Assembly: GCA_964553245.1 (NCBI GenBank)
Contig: CAZKJM010000002.1
Coordinates: 5,878 to 69,877 of the forward strand
Reading direction: 5' to 3'
Source: an uncultured Gammaproteobacteria bacterium
GTDB lineage: Bacteria > Patescibacteriota > Microgenomatia > Levybacterales > UBA12049
DNA length: 64,000 nucleotides
In this document: piece after piece, positions 58,254-64,000 of the stretch
Position numbering within the stretch: the stretch's first letter is position 1
Layout of the letters: every line of letters starts with the position of its first letter
Position numbers and translations under genes: made by a program
The notes under the pieces: model-generated
Seen by the model: only the letters and a program-made list of their open reading frames with translations
The model's database searches: none
What the model was told of the DNA's origin: nothing

Positions 58254-59057
58254 ATGGTAAAAAAAAACTACAATAAATCACTTAATCTTGCGATAATTTT
58301 TTTTGCGTTTTTTATATTTTTAATAATAGTTTCATTAATATGTAAAGCTGTTGTTTTGATTAATAAAAGCATTTTTGATGGAGAAAATCAATTAACCATA
58401 GAAATTATTGGTGATAAGGGCAGAAATAAATTGATATCATTTTCTCCTAAAAATAATTCTATTTATATTGTTGATGTAATAAATACAGAGGGAAATAAAA
58501 ATATAAAAAGCGCGTTGGAAATTCCGGTTGACAAATTTATTTATACAAAAAAAAATATAAGTGAAAAAAACCTTAAACAAACACTATTTTTATATTCAAT
58601 ACCTTTTTTAAAAGATAAAACTGATTTAACAATAGTTGATTTTATCAGGTTATTCTTATATGCAAATTCAGTTCCTTCGAATTCTTTATATACAAAGGAA
58701 ATATCATTAAAAAACGATTTTAATTTAATAAAAAATTCTGGGATATATTCATTTTTTATAGATCCAAAGATTGCAGAGGAAAAAGTGTCCATAGAAATTA
58801 TTAACGGAACAGACGTTTATGGATTAGGCAATAAACTAGCTAGTTTTGTTTCAAACACAGGCGGAAATGTAATAATGGTTTCAAATGCAGATAAAGAAGA
58901 GTTGAGTTCAAAAATAATTTATTTTGAAGAAGAAAACTATACTGTTAAAAAATTGGCAAGAATTTTAAATCTAAAAAAAGAAAAAACAAAAAATAAAAAA
59001 TTCGGTGAGGTTACAATAATTATTGGCAAAGACTCCCTAGATGACTTAAAATTTTAA
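58254..59057 (+). CDS. Membrane protein with LytR C-terminal domain
   Basis: N-terminal TM; IEIINGT...GLG..., SKIIY, VTIIIGKD. Confidence 0.8.
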   Translation: MVKKNYNKSLNLAIIFFAFFIFLIIVSLICKAVVLINKSIFDGENQLTIEIIGDKGRNKLISFSPKNNSIYIVDVINTEGNKNIKSALEIPVDKFIYTKKNISEKNLKQTLFLYSIPFLKDKTDLTIVDFIRLFLYANSVPSNSLYTKEISLKNDFNLIKNSGIYSFFIDPKIAEEKVSIEIINGTDVYGLGNKLASFVSNTGGNVIMVSNADKEELSSKIIYFEEENYTVKKLARILNLKKEKTKNKKFGEVTIIIGKDSLDDLKF

Positions 59058-59058
59058 T

Positions 59059-59211
59059 ATGATGTTAAAAATAATTTTAATAATATTTATTATCTCTTTT
59101 ATTTGGGCATTGTTTTCTCTTAAAAAAAACAATGAAAAACAGGATATTGAAAAAATAAAAAGAAAACTAAACAAGGGTAGGGTGTTATACCAAAGTCATC
59201 ATTCTGCCTGA
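59059..59211 (+). CDS. Small membrane protein (50 aa) absent from the ORF track
   Basis: MMLKIILIIFIISFIWALFSLKK...LNKGRVLYQSHHSA; starts right after the upstream stop. Confidence 0.55.
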   Translation: MMLKIILIIFIISFIWALFSLKKNNEKQDIEKIKRKLNKGRVLYQSHHSA

Positions 59212-59894
59212 TCTTTATTGCTGGTTTGTTCGGTACCTTCTTCATTCTTTTTAAATTTTATATTTTTATCCAGCTCAAGACAATTATTCTCAAGATGAGT
59301 AAAAGTCGGATGATCCTTATACCTTGATGCTCTTTTTATTTCTTTAATAAAAATTATTACTTTGTGTATATCAGCGCATTTGATGTATGCGTCGTATTTA
59401 TTTCCGTTTTTAATAAAACGAATTAATCTTTTTCCAATGTCATCAGGAAGGACACCAATATATGTATTTTCCTCATTAAGTATGAATATTTTTGATCTTT
59501 TAATGGATAAAATTACTGATTGTCCCGTTCTTAACATCTGAAGTACCCTTGGAGTAGCAATGTTTACCAGTTCTATGACTTTAGTTTTTCCTGATTCCTC
59601 GAGAAAATTATTATTAAGCTGTAATCCCGTAGATCCGTTGGATTTTTTCGAGATTTTTTCCTTAAGGCATTTTAGGTTTTTTATTGCTATTGGATTAAGA
59701 GGATCAAGTTTAAAAACTTTTTGATAAGCTATTTTTGCTTTATCAATTTTACCAAGAACCATATATGCCAAGGCTAATCGATTGAGGGTTTCTATGTCAT
59801 TTGGGTTTTCAGATAATAAGACTTTATTAAGGCTTATAGCCTCTTCCCAATTTCCTTCTAGTGCAGTTTGAATTGCTTGATTTTTTAATGTCAT
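59199..59894 (-). CDS. Tetratricopeptide repeat protein
   Basis: WEEAI..N, NP.D.ETLNRLA.AY, KV.KLDP.N.IA; FLEE.GKTK. Confidence 0.85.
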   Translation of the reverse strand: MTLKNQAIQTALEGNWEEAISLNKVLLSENPNDIETLNRLALAYMVLGKIDKAKIAYQKVFKLDPLNPIAIKNLKCLKEKISKKSNGSTGLQLNNNFLEESGKTKVIELVNIATPRVLQMLRTGQSVILSIKRSKIFILNEENTYIGVLPDDIGKRLIRFIKNGNKYDAYIKCADIHKVIIFIKEIKRASRYKDHPTFTHLENNCLELDKNIKFKKNEEGTEQTSNKDQAE

Positions 59895-59970
59895 TTTTTA
59901 GGGGTGCGAACTGAAAAATTCTACTATTATTTATTGCAAAAGTCAAGGTATATGTGTAGAATATTAAACC

Positions 59971-60693
59971 ATGAGTGGACATTCAAAATGGGCACAAATT
60001 AAGCGTCAAAAAGGAGCAGCAGATGTTAAAAAGGGAAAGACTTTTACCAAGCTTGCCAAGGCAATAATCATTGCTGTTAAACAAGGTGGGGGAATAGGAG
60101 ATCCAAATCAGAATTTTCGTTTAAGATTAGCAATTGATGCGGCAAAAGCGGTTAATATGCCCAAGGAAAATATAGAAAGAGCAATAAAACGTGCGATGGG
60201 AAGAGAAGTGGGGGAATTGGAAGAGGTAATATACGAAGGATTTGCCCCGGGTGGAGTTTCGGTAATCGTTGAAGCCGCAACAGATAATTCAACCAGAACA
60301 ACCTCGGAAATAAAAAACATTTTTAATAAACATGGAGGAAGCTTTGGGCAACCCGGTTGTGTTGCTTACCAATTTAAACAGATGGGTCAAATAATTATAG
60401 AAAAAGAAAATAAGAGTTTTGATGAAGTTTTTGAGTTGGCATTGGAATGCGGGGCAGAGGATATTTTAGACGTAGACAGCGAAGTGTTTATTTATACTCA
60501 GGTTTCTTCTCTTGCTAAAGCAAGAGAAGGCCTTATGAATAAAGGAATGAAAATTTTGGATTCAGACCTTGTAAGATTGCCAATTATTACGGTTGAAATT
60601 AGTGACCAGGAACAACAAGGTAAAATAATAAAACTTTTAGAAACAATAGAAGAATTAGAAGATGTTCAAAAAGTTTACTCAAATATGGTTTAA
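59971..60693 (+). CDS. YebC/PmpR family protein
   Basis: MSGHSKWA.IK, N.RLR, NMPK.NIERAI, YEGFAPGG, TDN..RT, DVQKVYSN. Confidence 0.96.
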   Translation: MSGHSKWAQIKRQKGAADVKKGKTFTKLAKAIIIAVKQGGGIGDPNQNFRLRLAIDAAKAVNMPKENIERAIKRAMGREVGELEEVIYEGFAPGGVSVIVEAATDNSTRTTSEIKNIFNKHGGSFGQPGCVAYQFKQMGQIIIEKENKSFDEVFELALECGAEDILDVDSEVFIYTQVSSLAKAREGLMNKGMKILDSDLVRLPIITVEISDQEQQGKIIKLLETIEELEDVQKVYSNMV

Positions 60694-60698
60694 AATAA

Positions 60699-61550
60699 AT
60701 GAAATTAAATAGCAAAAGTAATTACAGCATTAAAATACGATCCTCATTTTTTTCAAAGGTAAAACAATTGATAAAAAAGATAGTTGAAGATAAAAGACAA
60801 AAGTTTATATCATCGGTGTTGGGACTTTCTGTTGGTTTATTTATTGCAGAACATTTTTTAGGTAGGTCAGGTGTGTTAATGATTTTTATTCTGTCGTTTA
60901 TCACGAGTTTTCTTCTTTATCTTTGTATTAGGAATGATTTAAAAGGAAATTTTTTTTGGCAAATATTTATATTGCCATTTTTTTATAGCTTGGCGTTCGG
61001 TTTATTTTATCTTTTGATTCCTGCAAGATATATAACAAGAATTATAATGACAACGTTTTACGCAATCGGTTTGTATTCATTATTTTTAGCGGAAAATATT
61101 TTTACGGTTTCATCAATTAGGACAATAGCCTTATTATCAAGCGCAAGGACAGTATCCGTTGCATTAACTTTGTTATCATATTTTTTTCTATCCAATGTTG
61201 TGTTTTCTCTGCATTTGAATTTACCTTTAACAATATTACTCATTTCACTTTACACCTTTCCGATAATTCTTCAGTCAATTTGGATATATACGCTCGAAAG
61301 GAAGCTATTCTCTAATATTTTTTGGGTAGTGTCCTTAACGATATGCTTAATACAAATTGCTGTGCTTTTATGGTTTTGGCCAAGTACTCCAACACTTCTG
61401 GCGTTATTTATAAGCGGTATTTTTTATAGCGTATTAGGGTTATCACATGTCTGGTTAGAAAAAAGGCTTTTTAAAGGTATAATTTGGGAATATATCTGGG
61501 TTATCTCAATAATATTTTTAGTGCTTGTATTTTTTACCTCTTGGACTTAA
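60699..61550 (+). CDS. Hypothetical polytopic membrane protein
   Basis: About 8 hydrophobic segments; NIF.VSSIRTI.L..AR. Confidence 0.8.
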   Translation: MKLNSKSNYSIKIRSSFFSKVKQLIKKIVEDKRQKFISSVLGLSVGLFIAEHFLGRSGVLMIFILSFITSFLLYLCIRNDLKGNFFWQIFILPFFYSLAFGLFYLLIPARYITRIIMTTFYAIGLYSLFLAENIFTVSSIRTIALLSSARTVSVALTLLSYFFLSNVVFSLHLNLPLTILLISLYTFPIILQSIWIYTLERKLFSNIFWVVSLTICLIQIAVLLWFWPSTPTLLALFISGIFYSVLGLSHVWLEKRLFKGIIWEYIWVISIIFLVLVFFTSWT

Positions 61551-62086
61551 AAATTTTTCTATCCACTGGAGAAGAGGGGAGGAGCCTCAAGAAGCAACAG
61601 CAGTAAATTAAAATTGGTATAGTTTGATATAGTCTATAAAAGTATCCTATAATATTATAAGTTACAGTAAAATTTTTTGTGGATAACTTTTTCTTTTCAC
61701 ACAGATTAAAGTAAAATTTTCACGGGATTAAAGCAGGGTAACTACTCTATGGACCATAGAAACCACTCAAGTAATAAGCTATAAATGGCATTAATGCGAA
61801 AAAAATACGAAACCCTTTTCGCTCCCTATGTTGATATGCTAAGTTATTTATTTTTGAAGCTAAAAAATACAAAATAGATTGATTTGACGGGCTAAATTCA
61901 ATTAGGTATCGACCGATGGGAAGAGAGGTGCTTAAAAGTTAATAAATTAAGAAAAAAACCATTAGATCAATAAAGGGAGTAATAATGATTATTATAGATG
62001 TTGATATTTATTCCTTTATACTCTCCATAGTATTGCCAAATGGTAAAAAAAACATTTTTATAAGCGCTGGGAAAGAGAAAGTGATT

Positions 62087-62114
62087 ATGTCGCACAATAA
62101 TACTTTTACGACAT
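62087..62114. other. dif-like tyrosine-recombinase (Xer) site
   Basis: ATGTCGCACAA-TAATAC-TTTTACGACAT: 11-6-11 layout, arms 9/11 complementary, in a long intergenic gap between convergent gene blocks. Confidence 0.6.
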
Positions 62115-62339
62115 CTCTCAGGCACGATTTCCAGGAGAAGTGGTAAAAAATCAGTATTTCTTTTCGTTTTTTTTAACAATTTATTTATATTAGCTGCTCT
62201 CGTATTGAATATTTCTCCGTTTTATCTTTATGCTAAATATTTACACTATCCCCTACTATAGGATTTAATAATTTTATTTTTTTGCAGAAATTGAGCCTAG
62301 ATTAAATAATTTTATGTATTCTCCGAAGCTAGAGTGGTG

Positions 62340-62897
62340 TTAAATAATAAATATCTCTGCCATATTATTTTGTATTGCTATATTTAACTGTTCTGTTTGT
62401 ATAGATGATAATGGTGCACCCGAATCATCAATTAATTGAGTGTCGATATTTGGCAATTTCATACTAAAACGTTTCATTCTATGTAAGGCTGTTCTTCTGC
62501 AGCTATGTACAATAGGTGGTTCAAAAAGCCCAAAAAACTCAGTGTCTTCTTTTTTTACAATTCCGCTTTCGCCATATCGTTCAATATAAAGGATTGTAAA
62601 AACATGCGTATCTAATTCAAAAACATTGTAATATTCTTTTTCATTACCGGATATTGGCCTGATAAACCTTGAAAAACCACGACTTATAGCATCAATTTTT
62701 TCGGTACTTGATTTAATTGTTACTTCGTTGTTTTTTGAAGAATAATTATCTACAGCATTAATAAAATCAGCTAAGCTGTGAACAACGGCAATGCGTGCAT
62801 TTGGCTTATTGTATCTATTCGGAACATATCGAATAGGATCTTCTTGATTATAGTTATTTGAATTCCACTCTAGAGCTCTTTGTAACTCTGGTATCAT
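62340..62897 (-). CDS. Hypothetical protein
   Basis: 185-aa ORF; no motif recognised. Confidence 0.6.
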   Translation of the reverse strand: MIPELQRALEWNSNNYNQEDPIRYVPNRYNKPNARIAVVHSLADFINAVDNYSSKNNEVTIKSSTEKIDAISRGFSRFIRPISGNEKEYYNVFELDTHVFTILYIERYGESGIVKKEDTEFFGLFEPPIVHSCRRTALHRMKRFSMKLPNIDTQLIDDSGAPLSSIQTEQLNIAIQNNMAEIFII

Positions 62898-62947
62898 ATT
62901 TTAATAATATAGCATAAAATATCCCCAAAATCAACTATAGGATATAT

Positions 62948-63616
62948 TTATAGACTAGCGATCGTGTCTTTTTGGAATTGTTCTTTTGTTCCATAAAGCG
63001 TGGCAATAACTCCTCCTCTTTCGATAAATCTGTTTTGAGCAACCGAATTTTCGTCGGGAACATCTTTTGGAACCACGAGTACATAACCAAAGTTTGTTTG
63101 TCCGTAGTATTCACTAAGAGGTTTAAATACATCAATAATTCTTTTACTTCTTATTGCTGGCTGTACGGTGTGACCAAGCTTTGCTTCCCAAACCACAGGT
63201 AATCCGTCAATTACGCTTAATATATCGTATTCAATTATTGCTGATAATGGTTTTGGTTCTCTAAAAACAACATAATTAATACCCTTTTGTCTAAATCTAT
63301 ATTTTCCTTTTAAAGTATCATCTGGTATAGGCGCAATAGTTATTGGTAATATTTCAGACATTTTTCCTATTAAAGACGCAATATGTAATTCAGCCATTTT
63401 ACCCATGAAATCACCATTTCTACTTTTGTTTTTACCATTTCCGTTATTTACTCTAATTCCATTATTTATTAATGTTTGGATTTCGCTTATATCTGGTGGT
63501 AATTTTCCTATTTCTTCTACAATTTTTTGAAGAGTTTCGTTTGTGGATAAAACATAGGGAATTTTATCTTCTTTTGGTTGTTCGATTTGATTTCTAGGTT
63601 TATATACTTCGTGCAT
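62948..63616 (-). CDS. Hypothetical protein, possible PD-(D/E)xK nuclease fold
   Basis: G..AE helix, EYD-x11-EAK. Confidence 0.5.
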   Translation of the reverse strand: MHEVYKPRNQIEQPKEDKIPYVLSTNETLQKIVEEIGKLPPDISEIQTLINNGIRVNNGNGKNKSRNGDFMGKMAELHIASLIGKMSEILPITIAPIPDDTLKGKYRFRQKGINYVVFREPKPLSAIIEYDILSVIDGLPVVWEAKLGHTVQPAIRSKRIIDVFKPLSEYYGQTNFGYVLVVPKDVPDENSVAQNRFIERGGVIATLYGTKEQFQKDTIASL

Positions 63617-63621
63617 CCCGC

Positions 63622-63999
63622 CTATTTTTCACTTTCTTTAGGCAGTTCTTTTATAATTTTAGTTTGGTTAATTTTATCTTCGCCAATTTTTTCTCCAAAA
63701 TAATGAGCTTTATATTCTCCGTCTATTGGATCTTTTAATAAAGCAATCATTCCTTTTTCACCTGGAATAACTATACCGCTTGTTTCGTTGCTTATACTTA
63801 TATATGCAATTTCTTTAGACCCAACTTTTGGTTTTATTTCAAGTTTTACCCAGTTATTATTATTGTCTTTAATTATTTCTCCATCCGGATCATCGCCATA
63901 TTCTACAACTGTTGCAAATGAGATTAACGCTCCCTTGGCATCATTAATGGAAACTCCGTTTATCTCGCTAATATCGGAAAACTTAAGATAGGTAGAGTC
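63622..63999 (-). CDS. Hypothetical protein, 3' part (runs off the window)
   Basis: Open minus-strand frame DSTYLKFSDISEINGV...ELPKESEK ending at TAG 63624-63622. Confidence 0.65.
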   Translation of the reverse strand, partial: DSTYLKFSDISEINGVSINDAKGALISFATVVEYGDDPDGEIIKDNNNNWVKLEIKPKVGSKEIAYISISNETSGIVIPGEKGMIALLKDPIDGEYKAHYFGEKIGEDKINQTKIIKELPKESEK

Positions 64000-64000
64000 A

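Noticed and set aside
61678-61686. Replication origin from a DnaA box
   Set aside because: Only one perfect box; the same 9-mer also occurs inside genes (~15469, 63542); flanking genes converge and there is no dnaA or dnaN.
61967-62179. 70-aa minus-strand ORF
   Set aside because: TTG start, no motif, and it overlaps the dif-like site; likely spurious.

Overview
AT-rich bacterial chromosome segment in genetic code 11. The gene content and style fit a Patescibacteria/CPR genome, probably Microgenomates-like (inference): short Tsf, no pyrH between tsf and frr, short RF1, split transketolase, many near-leaderless genes and orphan ORFs. Bases 0.2-9.0 kb hold a surface-protein island: four secreted Cys-rich/Thr-rich proteins built from shared modules (two end in dockerin-like domains), a membrane-anchored cohesin-like protein and an SLH protein. 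Bases 9.2-61.5 kb are mostly housekeeping genes (rpsB-tsf-frr, rseP, proS, rpsU, ybeY, dnaX, prs, recR, cysS, transketolase, ychF, rpsF-ssb-rpsR, ctpA, htrA, murB, prfA-rpmE, hisS, dnaB, tRNA-Leu, efp, YebC) with orphans in between. Main unexplained signals: (1) dispersed 7-nt-period TAG/TGG arrays paired with inverted CTA/CCA arrays, which enclose a four-helix-bundle (IVP/Avd-like) gene at one locus and are empty at six others; (2) short covarying palindromes inserted in frame in housekeeping genes, one family also forming a 63-bp tandem that duplicates a gene start; (3) a putative cohesin-dockerin display system for shuffled Cys-rich modules; (4) a 28-bp dif-like site where gene orientation switches. 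All functional calls come from reading motifs by eye; no searches were run.
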